Assembly: GCA_964016885.1 (NCBI GenBank)
Contig: OZ024762.1
Coordinates: 25,482,001 to 25,546,000, forward strand
Reading direction: 5' to 3'
Length of the DNA stretch: 64,000 nucleotides
Source: Eledone cirrhosa
Lineage: Eukaryota
In this document: positions 27,933-43,263 of the stretch, piece after piece
How the letters are laid out: the number at the start of each line of letters is the position of its first letter
Numbering within the stretch: position 1 is the stretch's first letter
Notes under the pieces: generated by a model
What the model was told of the DNA's origin: nothing
Database searches by the model: none
Seen by the model: the letters and a program-made list of their open reading frames with translations, nothing else
Translations under genes and position numbers: made by a program

Positions 27933-28295
27933 CGTTTCTGAATTTGTTTAGCAAGATTCTTTATCTGAAAACGTGTGTTGAAGCCGATATTGTTATACTT
28001 TGGGAGGGCCATGTTGCCAATAAGAAACACACGCACCAGTTGCTTCACTTCAATTTATTATAATAAATTTATAAATTTAGGAATTTATAAATTTCCGGTT
28101 GGTTGGTTCTACAGCCAGATGATTGTTTATATATTGTCAAAGTTCTTTCGTCACACATTCTGTGACCTCTTCAGTGACGGGGATTCTTTTCTTTGTTTTT
28201 TTTTGCCCCTCCTTTGTTCTGTCCTACGCCATCTTGTTTGGTGTGAACACACACACACAAACAAGATGGCGTAGGACAGAACAAAGGAGAGGCAC
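27930..28295 (-). mobile_element. PLE pLTR with HHR (28136-28178) and a terminal hairpin (28205-28293)
   Basis: GTCA-CTGAAGA-GGTCACA/TGTGAC-GAAA-GAAC-TT-TGAC; related to 39220-39480 and 54826-55170. Confidence 0.75.
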
Positions 28296-28457
28296 AAAAA
28301 TAAACTTTTTAAATATAGAAATGCCCATTTCTATATTACATATTTATACTCTGCTATGTATTGAGTACCTTACTAACTGTGGTTACCCCGATTGAACCCG
28401 GAACACACACACACACACACAGAATTACAAACACACACACACACACATATATATATA

Positions 28458-28653
28458 TATCGGTAGAGGGTTGGACGCCATGCTCTGCAGCATAGAGTTA
28501 CGCCCCTTTATGATCTGAGTTCAATTCTCGCCGAGGTTAACTTTGCCTGTCATCCTTACGGGGTCGATAAAATAAAGTACCAGTAATGCACTGGTGAATT
28601 GCTGGCCTTGTGCTAAAAGTAGAAACAATTATTATTATTATTATTATTATTAT
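28458..28653 (+). mobile_element. tRNA-derived SINE (main family) with (ATT)n tail
   Basis: B-box GTTCAATTC; core GGGGTCGATAAAATAAAGTACCAGT. Confidence 0.85.
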
Positions 28654-28879
28654 TTGGACGCACATGTATAAAGACGTACAAGTCTGCTTGGGAAAAGGTT
28701 CGTAACTTTAAGCTGTTTTAAAATATCATTTTTTGTATTTTCTTGTCGTTAACGAAACATAAGGTACCCACCTAGGTTTCAAGGGAGGGATACTCTCAAT
28801 ATTCGGGATTTAAGCCCGAATATTCAGATTTATTTTTTAAAACTTCGAAAAAAATCGCTAATTGAATATTGATATTAGC

Positions 28880-31800
28880 GATAAAGACGAACGGTTGGCC
28901 CAGGCGTGGAGGTTAATTAAAGGGGAGAAGTCCTGGCAAACATGACCATGCCGGACGGGGCAATAGCGGCCATGCAAAGGAGGACGGTGTACTTTCGATG
29001 CATTTCGGTGCAGACACGAAAAGTGGAACTTCCCAGCCAACAAAGACACGGACACCAACATAAAAAACAGCCGGACCACCACCAACACCGAAACCAATCC
29101 AAGGGGAAAACGAGGAAAGGACTCCCACTCACCCTACCACCGCCACCCCATTATACACATAGACAAAATAATAAACGCACACACAGACACAGAGACACTT
29201 TAGCTTGCTGGCCGTCTACGCCCCTACGGGGGCCGGACGACCGGACTTCTTTAGGCGCCTGGAGACATTTCTGGGTACGTCTCGCCCTTTACTGTTAGTG
29301 GGGGACTGGAATGGCATCTTAGACGCACGCTGGGATTGTATGGGAGTAGCTGACAGGAGCCGCGGTGCAAAAGCCTCAAGCACCTACCCAACCAGTTCCA
29401 ACTGTCTTACAGGTATCGACTAGATTTCCCCAATGCGCCAGTGTGGACGTGGACCAACCGAATGTGGTCATCTAGATCGTATATAGACAGGATCTTCATT
29501 AGGAAAATAGACAGAAATAGTGTTGGCTGCCCACTTTTTAAAACGGTCGCCTATTCAGTCCACCTAGATGAAACGTGTAGGTTGTGACCGGGTTACTGGA
29601 AGCTGAACATGTCATTTCCGGCACGTACGCCTTACAGGGACCGAGTCAACAATTTAGTTAAGCAAAAGTTGACAGGGGGGATCATCAACAACAGATGGTG
29701 GGGGGCTCTCAAAAGAGAGATTAGAGTAACATCGATAGAGTTCAGCAAAGAACTAGCGTTAGAGAAAAATAGAAAGGAGGGGGAGCTGGTAGATAAGTTA
29801 GACGAGGCTATTTGTAGTGACATTGCAACTGACGTGCTAGCGGCGAGAATGGCATTAGACCATTTCTTCAATGTGAAACACGAAGGTTACATTGTCAGAG
29901 CTAAGGCGCGTGTGCTGAGAAACGAAGGAACCGAAGCAGTTCGATGGGCCCGCGTGGCGGAGGCGCAGCCAGGTAATAAAACCACAATTCGGTCTTTGGC
30001 GGACCCAGACGGACACGAGATAAGCGATTCCAAGCGGATGTGTGAGGCCTTCGCCAGCACTTTGCTCGGTTGTTCGGGGAGAGTGGCGAGTCAGAGAGAG
30101 TAGCCGATTTCAGTCCCTACCTTGACGTCTTGCCGCGCATCTCGACGGTCGACGCTGAGCATTGCGAAAGGCCGAATACTTCAGTCGAAATTCAGGACGC
30201 CCTTGTCGGCTGCATGAGGCGCAAGTCACCCGGTTTGGATGGCCTGCCCTACGAGCTTTGCGTAAATATGCCAGACTTGTTCTCCCATCTCCTCGAAGCA
30301 CTCTACTGCAACTGGCAGCAGAATGGGAGTATTCCCAGTTCTGTGAGCAGGGGAGTGGTGACGCTGATAAGGAAAGACGAGAACAAGAGGGATACATTAG
30401 ACAACTTCAGGCCCATAACTCTGCTCAACACAGAGTTTAAGATTTTGGGCAACGTGTTAGCAAAGAGATTGGCGGTTGTCGTCGAGGATTCCCAGCCAGG
30501 TCCATACACGACAATCTCCACCTCAAGCGATACATTATAGAGAGAGTATGGTGTATACCTGGCATCGGTGGGGCACTGATCAATTTAGATCAATCGAAAG
30601 CATTCGATAGGGTCGACCATCGGTATCTGGAGTTTGTCCTCAAAGCAGCTGGCTTCGACCCTGTCTTCAGAAGCTGGATCGCTGCAATGCACAGCGGCAC
30701 ACGCTCGCTGGTCAAGGTTAATGGCCAACTCTCTGAACCATTTCGGCTCTCCCGATCGGTCCGTCAAGGGTTCCCTCTCTCTTCACTTCTGTACGTATTG
30801 ACTCTCGAGCCTTTACTGCAGAAGCTGAAGCTGTTGCAGGGCATCCCGCTCGAACCGGGACGTGGAAAGGCGGTGTCCGCTAATGCGGACGACATCACCG
30901 TGATGGTGTCGAACACCTCAGAAAAGGAGGTGGTCGGCACCTTATTGAAGGAATATGAAAGGTTGACAGGAGCCAAACTTAAGCCGTAAAAGTCGGTGGG
31001 ATTGCAGCTCGGAACCTGGAGAGGCAAGCCCATGCCGTCCACAGCATCTTGGGGCACTGGACGGACGGAGCGGTAAAGTTGCTCGGGGTTTGGTTCGGAC
31101 CAGACCTCCAGGTGGAAAAGAATTGGGACGAGGTAATGAGCAGAGTAGCCAGTCTCACCCAAAAATCGGCTGGGAGGAAGCTATCACCGAAAGGTCGCGC
31201 GGAGGTGGCGAATACGTACATCGCGTCCGCCATCTACTACCGCCTCGCCGTCGTGCCTTGCCCCCGTCCGCGCCACGTCAATTCGGAACGGCTCCTCTTC
31301 AAATTCTTGTGGAGGGGACAAGTTACGTTGTTGAGGCGTTCCATCTGCTGCCAGCACTCTCTACGCGGAGGGCTGGGCATACCGTGGCTAATGATGCGCA
31401 GACATGCGTTGAGGCTGCAACATCTCCAGATATTCTGCCTAAATGGAGAACAGGTGTGGTCGCCCTTTATCAGACGGGCCTTTCCGCAGCTCGTTTCTTT
31501 GACTGAGCTGCAGTCCTGGGTCAAGAAGAGACCGAGACTGGGTGACTGGCACCTGGAATGTTGCCAGGCACTCACTGCCCTCTACCAAGCGGGCAATGCG
31601 ATCAGTTGGATTTCCACTCTCGAGTTCTATAGAGGATTCGTTGTGGCAAAGTGCGATGATGCAATCGGAGAAGCTTTGGGCCTCGACGAAGTCTAACTGA
31701 CCAGTTTGTACCGGAGGACTTTCGAGCCGGGGACGATGGACAATTTCCAGAAATCCCTCGCTTGGCAGTGCTGGTGGGGGGCACTGCCGGTTCGAGACAA

Positions 31801-32520
31801 ACTCTACAGGCACGGAAGTGCTGTCAGACGGACCTGCCCAAGATTCGCACAGAACGACGAAACCGTTCTGCACGCACTTGTCCAATGTCCATGCATTACT
31901 GACTTGTGGAGTTATGTCGAACAGCTACTGTTGCGTGTGGAATGAATCCGGCTATCGGCCGAGTCCATAGTGAAGATCGACCCACCGCCTTCCTTAGGTC
32001 AGGAAGAGCAGGAAATTTTCCTCTGTCTGGTGGCCGTTGCGAAAGAGGTTATATGGTGACCAGATTAAAAGGACTGAAGACAGACACTTTTCTCTTCGGC
32101 TAATCCCTCATCAACTTCTTCAAGTTTCACCTGGAAAGGAAGGTGAGGGTGGAGAGAGATGTGCTGCCCCCCAGTACATTTGCTAAAAGGTGGGTGAATG
32201 TGGCGAGAATGGCCCGTGTGAATGTCCCTACTCTGACCATGCGCCTATAGGCTAGCTAACTTGAGGAGAGGGGTGCTCTCCCTGGGTGCCCTAGAAGCGC
32301 AGGGTGGTTCAGGATTGGTGGGGTACCCGAGTCACCCCAGGGTCGTCCACCCCCTATCGGGGAATTTATTTTGTTATATTTATGCATAGTTTATTTTATA
32401 TTTTTTATATCTTCATTGTTAAATTAGTCTTGCCATTGTGCACTTTTACTCGACCTCCACTGTCCCTGTCTTTGTATTGTCCCCTACATGTCGGCCCTTG
32501 TGGCTGATAAATAAAATAAT
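28880..32520 (+). mobile_element. Near-full-length decayed Tx1/L1-clade LINE (ORF1 remnant; ORF2 with APE, RT and zinc finger)
   Basis: VYAP..VGDWN (APE); KSPGLDG, NFRPITLLN, LDQSKAFDRVDH, VRQGFPLS, NADD (RT); C-terminal ETVLHALVQC; many frameshifts and stops. Confidence 0.92.
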
Positions 32521-32699
32521 TATTATTACTATTAACAACTATATTTTATGATATTAAATATTATCTATGCAAGTGATACTACTTGCCCCGATTATAGGCT
32601 CCGGAACGCAGAAGGAACTCAAGTTTAATTCTTTTACTTATTGATAAGTCTATATCATTTATTTGTGTGTGTATATGTGTAACACAAGTATGTCTGGCC

Positions 32700-33060
32700 A
32701 AAATTCAAGCGGTTCTTTCTTGGATCATTCTAACCACATGTCCATAGTATCAGAGCTTTGATATCTCTATTCTGAGAAATATCGGCTCTACCTGGAGTGA
32801 TTCTCTGATCTCTGAGCTACAAATTTGTCGAGCGATTCTCTCCTGAGACATTTTAACCTCATACCCATAGTATCAGAGCTTTGATCTGGAGTCATCTTCC
32901 ATGTCCTCGCGTCCATCTTTAAACCTGTTGCACCACTCAAAAACACGTGAGCCTGACATCGTCTCATCTCCATACACTTGCTGCAGCAATCCCAGTGCTT
33001 CTGACGGAGTTTTCCTCAACCGTTCGTTGCTCTGTGCTCATTGCATGACGACTTGAAACA
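32700..33060 (-). mobile_element. Mariner transposase N-terminus fused to RTE-derived 123-bp units
   Basis: [42 protein letters not shown] at 33020-32885, followed by ~1.5 units of the 17403-17964 repeat. Confidence 0.8.
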
Positions 33061-33129
33061 GAGGACATGTATATAAAATTATGAAGAAGAAAGTTTGATC
33101 GCTGCAGAGAGCTAAGATTACAGTTAAAT

Positions 33130-33235
33130 ACTCCAGGGGGATTATTTTGAAGGAGAAAACTCTTAGTCTGAAGTCTGGGTTTGAAATAAATCTTTTGTGA
33201 CATCAGTCCTGGAACTTTTCTGACACACCTCGTAT
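33130..33235 (+). mobile_element. Mariner 3' end with TIR
   Basis: Matches 18380-18453 and continues to CAGTCCTGGAACTTTTCTGACACACCTCG|TA. Confidence 0.85.
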
Positions 33236-33871
33236 ATACATACATATATACATACATATATGCATATATATATATATATACATATATACATATATATGCA
33301 TATATATACATATATATACATATAAATATATAAATATATATATATACATACATATATATATATCTATATACACACACATATATATACATACATATGTATA
33401 TATATATATATATATACATATATATATACATACATATATATATACATAGTATATATATATATATGTATGCCGCACTATAATATTTATAAATAAGACACAC
33501 GTGCTTGCTACACGTATAACTATTGCACACACTTACTGCTTCTGACTATCCTATCGCAGTAATTTCATGTTGTATTTTAACATTAATTTTGATTTTATCC
33601 TCTTTTGATATGAATGTAATCTTTAAATGTATACTGCCACGCTAAATGTTATAATGGATGTCGACCCACCAAGCTACAATATATGCACATGTATCTGTAT
33701 GTCTTTTGGGTTGAAAAGGAGGTCATATATGTGATCATTCATTAATAAATTGCTCCGAAGAATCCAAACCACGGTTTGGAGGAAACAATTGTAAGCATAA
33801 AAATGATTTGAACAGAACTTTGATTATTATAACCTATATATATATATATACATATATATATATGTATATAT

Positions 33872-34333
33872 AACGAAGGAATTGTGGTAAGGAACCAGAT
33901 GGACAATAACGTACCAGAGTTATCAATATTTAGGGTAGTAGAGTCGGTAATAAGAAAAAGTATGACCTCGAGGGAAGTTATAGAATAGGTAATTCTATAA
34001 CTTCCCTCCTCCACTTCCTCCAGAACAATTTTTCGACTATTAATCCTGAGAATCTTCTGTATACATATCACTTGCAACGCTTGACCGGCACCACTCACTC
34101 CCTCGTTCTACAGGCAAGTTCACGCTACCCCTCCCTTCTACCAAATGCCATGATAGACTTATTTGTGTTTACAAGACATTTTGACCAATCCTCTTGACAA
34201 CTACAATCTTCCTATATAAGGAAGTACCCCATGACATGTTTGGCTATTTATTCACCAGGCTAAAAATTCTAATTTAGTCCAGAAATAGCCGTCGAAACGG
34301 CTTGAGCTCTGCCGTCGAGTTCATACTTTTTCC
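33872..34333 (+). mobile_element. Family A PLE remnant with inverted 5' pLTR piece
   Basis: Left end matches 5770-5870; right end (34245-34333) is in the opposite orientation; flanked by (TA)n. Confidence 0.7.
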
Positions 34334-34337
34334 TCTC

Positions 34338-34371
<34 letters not shown>

Positions 34372-34858
34372 CACAAATATATATACATATCTATACAAGA
34401 CTGAAAGAAATATCTATACGCACATGTATATCTCTGCTGCGTCTGTTTGTTTAAGAGGAGGTGTCTATATGTTATTTATTTATTCATTTATGCAAGTATG
34501 TATGTATTTATGCATTAAATTAAGAGCTTTCGTGAACCGGAAATGCATTAGCCTCCTTCTACGATGTGCAGTCAACACCACCCGCAGCAACACAACCAAC
34601 AACATCAACTTTTAAATTTATATAAGGAAGTGTAGCGTACATTGGAAAGAGTCAAGATATTTTTCTGTCACCAATCTACACATTTCGAAATACTGTATGA
34701 GGAACTTTGTCAATAGTGAATATATGTTTATGTGTGAGTGTGTGTATAATCACTGCTTATATACACACACATGCCTGCACATATACATACGTACATACAT
34801 ACAAATATGCATAGAAAAACATATACAGTTATATATACACACTATATACATATGTATA

Positions 34859-34909
<51 letters not shown>

Positions 34910-34982
34910 CACATATGTATATATATTAAACACATATGTATATATGTTCATGTATCACTCTATCTATTTCTCTGTACGTGTG

Positions 34983-35027
<45 letters not shown>

Positions 35028-35049
35028 TAAACATGTATGTATGTCCATG

Positions 35050-35088
<39 letters not shown>

Positions 35089-35145
35089 ATATGTATGTAT
35101 GTATGTAGGTAAATATATATATATATGTATGTATGTATTTATGTA

Positions 35146-35178
<33 letters not shown>

Positions 35179-36589
35179 ATATATGTATATATATATATAT
35201 ATAATTGAAATTGATTGAAAGAAGAGCCACCGGCTAAAGTTAGATGTCGCTGCCAAAGTATTATAATATATAGTAGATTCTATACAAGTTACAAATATTG
35301 ATTCCAATCCCCACTCAATCATCCTTATGTCTAAGTCTCATATTACACTACATACCACAAGCGAAATTCTCGGGGAGATTCAAAATGACACATGTATTTC
35401 CTCTTCTCACTTTAGCTTTTACATTACTCCATATTTACAATTAAGGCAAACATTTGCTAACACCTCGGATAGAATGTTTTACGGTATTCGTTCCACTTCT
35501 TTGCACGCTTTGAGTTCAAATCCCACCGCGGTCAGCTTTACTTTTCATCCTTTCGAGTTCGATAAAAAGAAGTACCAGTCCTGTAAATAAAAATCGGCTA
35601 TGTTCAGTCCTGGAGAGGAGTGGGCTCCACCGGGTTTAAAAATGTGCCCTAGACACGCCGTATGAAGGTGCCTCTACGACTCCGAAAGCAGTTATGACAT
35701 CTTTATCCTCTACTATCCTATATTTTCTATTGTATTTTGACGTTGAACACTTTATTGCACATAATTATTTCACATAATATCGAATCTACGTGATTTTGAT
35801 ATTATTTATTTTGAGAACAATACCTTAACATAAAGGTGAGCAGCCGGTTATGGCCGGTTTGAGCAAAAAGAGGTGAGAAATTTCTTGCCGGATCTGGCCG
35901 GTTTAAATGCTAAAGGGTTATACAACATCGTTGACATGGGAATGGGGAGAATTATATGTAATGGCAACTAATTGTCTTCGATTAAAAGATTTTCCAGACT
36001 TGCACCATAGAATATAACTTATTTGATGTGGATCCATAATCACATTTGACATACGGAAGCCGACGGCTATGCTTTGTAAATACATGGTAAGAAAAAAGCA
36101 ATTTTCTTAGCTTTTAACTGAAATAATCCTTGGGCCTATCGATGTTCGATGTAACAGTTTAATTAAATTTAGGGAAGTATTAGTATTTGACTGCGTAAGG
36201 ACCAACAAAGAAATCGACGACAAATTACATATTTATTTTAACCATGGAATACAACGAAACTAGTTAACATTATATATTACTTTCCAAAATTCACAAAAAG
36301 TATTTCCATAGAAATGCTCATCGTTAGTGAAATTGTATTGGTGAAAAATATATTGTTTCGTATATACTGTTTACAGAAGGTAAACAAACTAAATGATGTC
36401 TGTGTGGAGAATGTAAGTGTAAAGAGATATAAACATGAGTGTTTCCATCAATATCTGGCTGGCAGAAAATGGCTTGAACCGGATAACAGTATTATGTGAC
36501 AATCGTGTGGTCGCTTCAGATTGTACCGTCGTTGTATTGGCATTTTATAGCTGGGAGGGACAGAATCGGGTTGATAAATTGTCAGAGAA

Positions 36590-36920
36590 AGGGTCTTTGG
36601 AATAACGTTACTTGATAGAGTGCGTAGCTCGGAGATCAGAGAGTTATTCCAGGTAGAGCCACTACTTCTCAGAATTGAGAGATCACAACTCTGATACTAT
36701 GGGTATGTGGTTAGAATGTCTCAGGAAAGAATCGCTCGACAGATTTTATGGGCAAAACCAACCTGCATGAAGGCCCAGGGAGAGACTTCGAGCAAGATGG
36801 TTGGATAGCATCCATGAACTTAGCTGGCCTCACTTGGGGATTCAGGCGGATAATTTGAAGATGGTTGCTTCTGACAGGACACGCTGGAAGGAGTGTTTGA
36901 GGACTCTCTGCCCAAGCACC
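36590..36920 (+). mobile_element. RTE LINE 3' coding end
   Basis: GITLLDRVRSSEIR..IERSQL*YYGYVVRM..RARWLDSI..ASDRTRW; followed by (GAA)n(CAA)n at 36965-37132. Confidence 0.8.
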
Positions 36921-37074
36921 CTTGGTGTGGCTCTTGTTGTTGGTGTTCTTGGTTATATTGTGGTTGAAGAAGAAGAAGAAGAAGAAGAAGAAGAAGAAGA
37001 AGAAGAAGAAGAAGAAGCAGAAGAAGAAGAAGAAGAAGAAGAAGAAGAAGAAGAAGAAGAAGAAGAAGAAGAAG

Positions 37075-37133
<59 letters not shown>

Positions 37134-37928
37134 AGAAAAAGGAGACGAAGACGAAGAAGACGTAGAAGAAAGAAAGAAAGAAAGAAAGAAACAGAGAGAG
37201 AAAGAGAGAAAGAAAGAAGGAAAGAATGAAAGAAAGAGAGAAAGAAATTATGATTATCACATGCCATACGAAATTAGGCCGAATTTTCGTACCTTAGCAA
37301 AAGACTTCTTTAAAAAAAAAAAAAAAAAAATGTCGCTACAAACAGCCCACAATCTAGATATCTAAAAACCAAGTTAACCATCATAAGACATATTAACCAT
37401 CGTCAGATATATTAACCATCATCAGATACATAGAAAACTACTAGTGAAACCTATTTATGTGTGAAAAAATTATTTAGAAATATTATTTTATGAAAATAAT
37501 AAACAAAACAATTGAGAAGGAAAGTCATTTGTGACTGGTGAGTTGAAACCAAACAAAAGATTTTGTAATTAAATAAACAACAGACAAATGGCCGCATGAA
37601 ATGTAGCCATACACAGATATAAAGACACATACATGTACACACACGCTTGTATGTGTGGATATAGAGTATATATATATATGTGTGTGCGTGTGTATGTGTG
37701 TGTGTGTGTGAGTGAATGTGTGTGTGAATGTGTGTGTATATGTATGTATGTATGTATATACACACGTATATATATATATATATATATGTATATAAATATA
37801 TATATAAATATATATACATATATGTATATATATGAATATATATATACGTATATATATATATATTTATATACATATATATGTATATACATATATATATATA
37901 TGTATATAAAAATATGTATATATATATG

Positions 37929-37965
<37 letters not shown>

Positions 37966-38052
37966 GTGTATATATATATATATATGTATATGTATATATA
38001 TTTATATGTATATATATGAATAAATATATATATGTATATATATATATCTATA

Positions 38053-38109
<57 letters not shown>

Positions 38110-38275
38110 GTATATATATATATATATATATGTGTATATTTATATGTGTAAATATATGTATATTTATATGTATAAATATATATATAATTATATACATATA
38201 TATGTATGTATATATATATATATTTATATGTATATATATATATTTATATAATATATATATATATTTATATGTATA

Positions 38276-38336
<61 letters not shown>

Positions 38337-38378
38337 ATATATATACATATTTATATATTTATATGTATCTATATATAT

Positions 38379-38439
<61 letters not shown>

Positions 38440-38500
38440 TATACATATATATATATATATGTATATTCATATGTATATGTATATAATTATATGTGTATAT

Positions 38501-38540
<40 letters not shown>

Positions 38541-38592
38541 TGTTCAAATCCTTTAATAATAATATTTGAGTTGAATTGCATACATATTTACC

Positions 38593-38929
<337 letters not shown>

Positions 38930-38953
38930 AATATACATATATATATGTATATA

Positions 38954-39019
<66 letters not shown>

Positions 39020-39039
39020 TATATATACATATATATGTA

Positions 39040-39113
<74 letters not shown>

Positions 39114-39131
39114 TTTATACATATATATGTA

Positions 39132-39217
<86 letters not shown>

Positions 39218-39219
39218 TA

Positions 39220-40610
39220 TGGTTATACTTGGGGAGGGTCATATTTGCGTAATATTGCCAGAATTAATAACAGAACACACTCACTGTTTGGTTGGTTTTC
39301 GCTTCTCGCTGTCTTTTATATATATATATCTGCGATCTAACTTACTCGGTCCTCAATGTTGCCATTGACTGACCGACGGTCAAAAATAATACAGATACAA
39401 TATAGACACAAACACATATATATATAGTTTACATAATTTACATAAATCTTTCGTTGCACATCTGCAACATCGTCAGTGGTGTTATATTTTCTCCTCCTGT
39501 TGTGTTGTATGTCTACGTCATTTTTTTTATTCAGTCTGTCTATATATTTATTTATTTATTTGCTTGTTTGTTTATTTTATTTTGTCTTCTTTGCACATGC
39601 GTTTGCGTGTGTGTATAGTGTTATGTTTGCTGTGTGACTAGTGTGTATAGTGTTGTGTCTGCTGGGTGACGAGTGTGTGTTTATGTGCTTGTTGTTATTG
39701 TGCTTGTGTATGTATTTATTTATCTTATTTTATTTTATTTTATTTACTTATTTATACTTCTCTTAGGTCAGTGTTGTTTGTTTGGGTGTTGTTGTTGTTC
39801 CACTCATTCTTTCTGTTTAGCTTTGGTCTTCTAATTTCTATTTCACTGGCCTCTCTGATTTGCCTATCTGCTGGGTCATTCCTATGTTTAGATATTATTC
39901 TAATTTCTATGTTGTCTATGTTACCGTCATGTTGTTGTCTAGCATGTTCGTATAGTACTGCCCCGTTTTTTCGTCCTTTTAGTTCCCCCCAGTGTTGGTC
40001 TATCCTTTCACCTATGCTACGAGCTGTCTCACCTATGTATGTTGTTGTCATGTTTCTGCAAGTACCCTCTATACATCTTATGCTATAGACTACGTTTCTA
40101 GTTTTACAGTTTATCCGGGGGTTCACCTTACATATGATACATTTCCTATTGGTACAGTGGGTTTTCTTAAAAGGGTAGGTTTTGCTGATCAGGGATTTTA
40201 TGGTGGTTCCTGGCTTTTCTACCACCTTTATTTTTAAGTGGGTCTTTCTCAGGGCCTTTCTACACTGGTTAGCTAATTTCCCTCCAGGGCTGGCGTCCAC
40301 AAACATGACACTCTGATATCTCTGGTTGTCGTACCATGAGGTGTCTTTCCCTATCTTATGTCTAGCCCTATCTAAGCTATTCCATGATTTGCTCCTGTAT
40401 AATGGACAAATTCCTTTCATGTCCAGTTCTATGAGGGTCTTATACTTTTCCATGGCTCCTTCGTATACTCTGACTCTGTCTCTTTGGTTGTAGCCAGAGA
40501 ACTGCATGCGGTTGATGAAGTGTTGGATGTGTCTTTCCATTTCTGTTGGGTCGCACATGCTGGACACATTCTTCATCACTCGTACCAAATCTGCGATCAG
40601 AATATTAAAC
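39220..40610 (-). mobile_element. 5'-truncated PLE (RT thumb plus GIY-YIG) with pLTR
   Basis: RMQFSGY..PLYRSKSW..CKTRNVVYSIRC..YIGETARSIGERIDQH..RQIREA; HHR core CTGACGA-hairpin-GAAA at 39449-39476. Confidence 0.9.
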
Positions 40611-40649
40611 TTAAACATAAAAAACCTCGCTAAACTATAATTATATGAA

Positions 40650-40685
<36 letters not shown>

Positions 40686-40802
40686 CAAAATATAAATATA
40701 CATATACATATATATGTAAGAGTTGTATTTAAATTGTTGGGATACAACAAGCAAATATGTTTATGTATATATATATATATATATATGCATATAAATATAC
40801 AT

Positions 40803-40850
<48 letters not shown>

Positions 40851-40898
40851 TGATTATATATATATATGTATATTTATATGTATATATATGTATATTTA

Positions 40899-40939
<41 letters not shown>

Positions 40940-41389
40940 ATATATATATATACATGTATATATGTATGCGTCTGTATATATGTATATTATGTATATATGT
41001 TTGTGTGTGTATAAATATGAAACGAATTTATAGAATAACAGCGATATACACAAACAAACGCATATTGGCATATATATGACTACAGGCATACATCGATACG
41101 TAGCATACACCAACACAGATATATACATATATATTTATATGCATATATACACACTTATACATATATACACACACGTATATAGTCATATCCGCCAAAAACC
41201 CCATGAAATGAAAATTAAATTAATTTCACATTCGTTTAATTTTATTTTCACCTGAGGTTAAAAGTGTTTTGAAATGTAAAAGTGTGAAAGCTATTGTATA
41301 TCACAACATTGATGTAGATCAATTTTCGAATCACGTACGGTTCAGAAGCAAAAAAGCAAGATGGTGCCTACACACACACACACACACAC

Positions 41390-41426
<37 letters not shown>

Positions 41427-41528
41427 CACACACAGATATGCTATACACAGCCATTGAGCTGTGCCCATGCACATAACACAAGTAGAAAATACGTGCACGT
41501 ACACACGGTCGAGATAATATATTTGTAA

Positions 41529-41631
<103 letters not shown>

Positions 41632-41646
41632 CATATATATATATAC

Positions 41647-41694
<48 letters not shown>

Positions 41695-41702
41695 AGATAT
41701 AC

Positions 41703-41747
<45 letters not shown>

Positions 41748-41748
41748 C

Positions 41749-41824
<76 letters not shown>

Positions 41825-41919
41825 TATCTGTGTGTATATGTGTATATATGTGTGTGTATATATATCATTATATATACATATATGCGTGTGGTATCTGGAT
41901 GCGCACCTGCGTGATTTCG

Positions 41920-41993
<74 letters not shown>

Positions 41994-42251
41994 GTCTGTG
42001 TTTGTGTGAGTGTGGGTGTGTGCGTGCGTCTGTGTGTGTGCGCATGCATCTTTATATATATGTGTATATCTCTTTCTATTCCTGGGGGTAATATATAGCT
42101 ATGCAGCAGTTGTCACTTATAAAAACCACAAGAAGAACGACGACGGCTATATATACACACACATATATATACATACATACACGCACACACACACACATAT
42201 ATATATAAATATATATAGACACAAACACACAGGTATATATATATACACAGA

Positions 42252-42283
<32 letters not shown>

Positions 42284-42350
42284 CGCACACACACATGTAT
42301 ATATATATATATACATATATATACGCACACACACATGTATATATATATAT

Positions 42351-42385
<35 letters not shown>

Positions 42386-42386
42386 A

Positions 42387-42441
<55 letters not shown>

Positions 42442-42480
42442 TATATATATATACACATACACATATATATATACGCACAC

Positions 42481-42531
<51 letters not shown>

Positions 42532-42592
42532 AACACACACATATATATACACACACACTCACACACACACATATATATATATATATATACCC

Positions 42593-42627
<35 letters not shown>

Positions 42628-43263
42628 ATTAGCTTACACCTAATAAACATATCATTTATAATATTTCACCGTGAAATATTATACAACATCTCCAATAAAA
42701 ATTATTAGACTTGACAAAGTGCGTTGCTCAGGTAAAATAACCATTTTAGAAAGCTTGTTATCTGGAATTTTGTATAATCAACTATATTTCTCTTTATGCT
42801 TGCTACAATAGATTATATATGGACATGTATGAACACATCTCTGTATGTATGTATGTATGTATGTATGTAGGTAGGTATGTATGTAGGTAGGTATATATGT
42901 ATATATATATGTATGTATGTTCTTCTGGTTTTATAATTTCATAACATAGACACAAGACTCTCTCATTGGAATTTACACAACATCAACTATGTAGATTATG
43001 TATGCATGCATGTGTAGATATGGATGTTATTGTATGTGTGGATGTGTATGTTTTCAGTTGTATGTGTGCATTTGTATATGCTTAGTATACGTACATGTGT
43101 ATAAACAGTTGTTAGATACAAAATCTTTGGAAAGTTTTATATATTTTTACTGTTCCATTAATGGATTGAACTTGTAATTTCCTAACTAGTTGTATTAATG
43201 TATGTATGTATGTATGTATGTATGTATGTATGTATGTATGTATGTATGTATGTATGTATGTAT

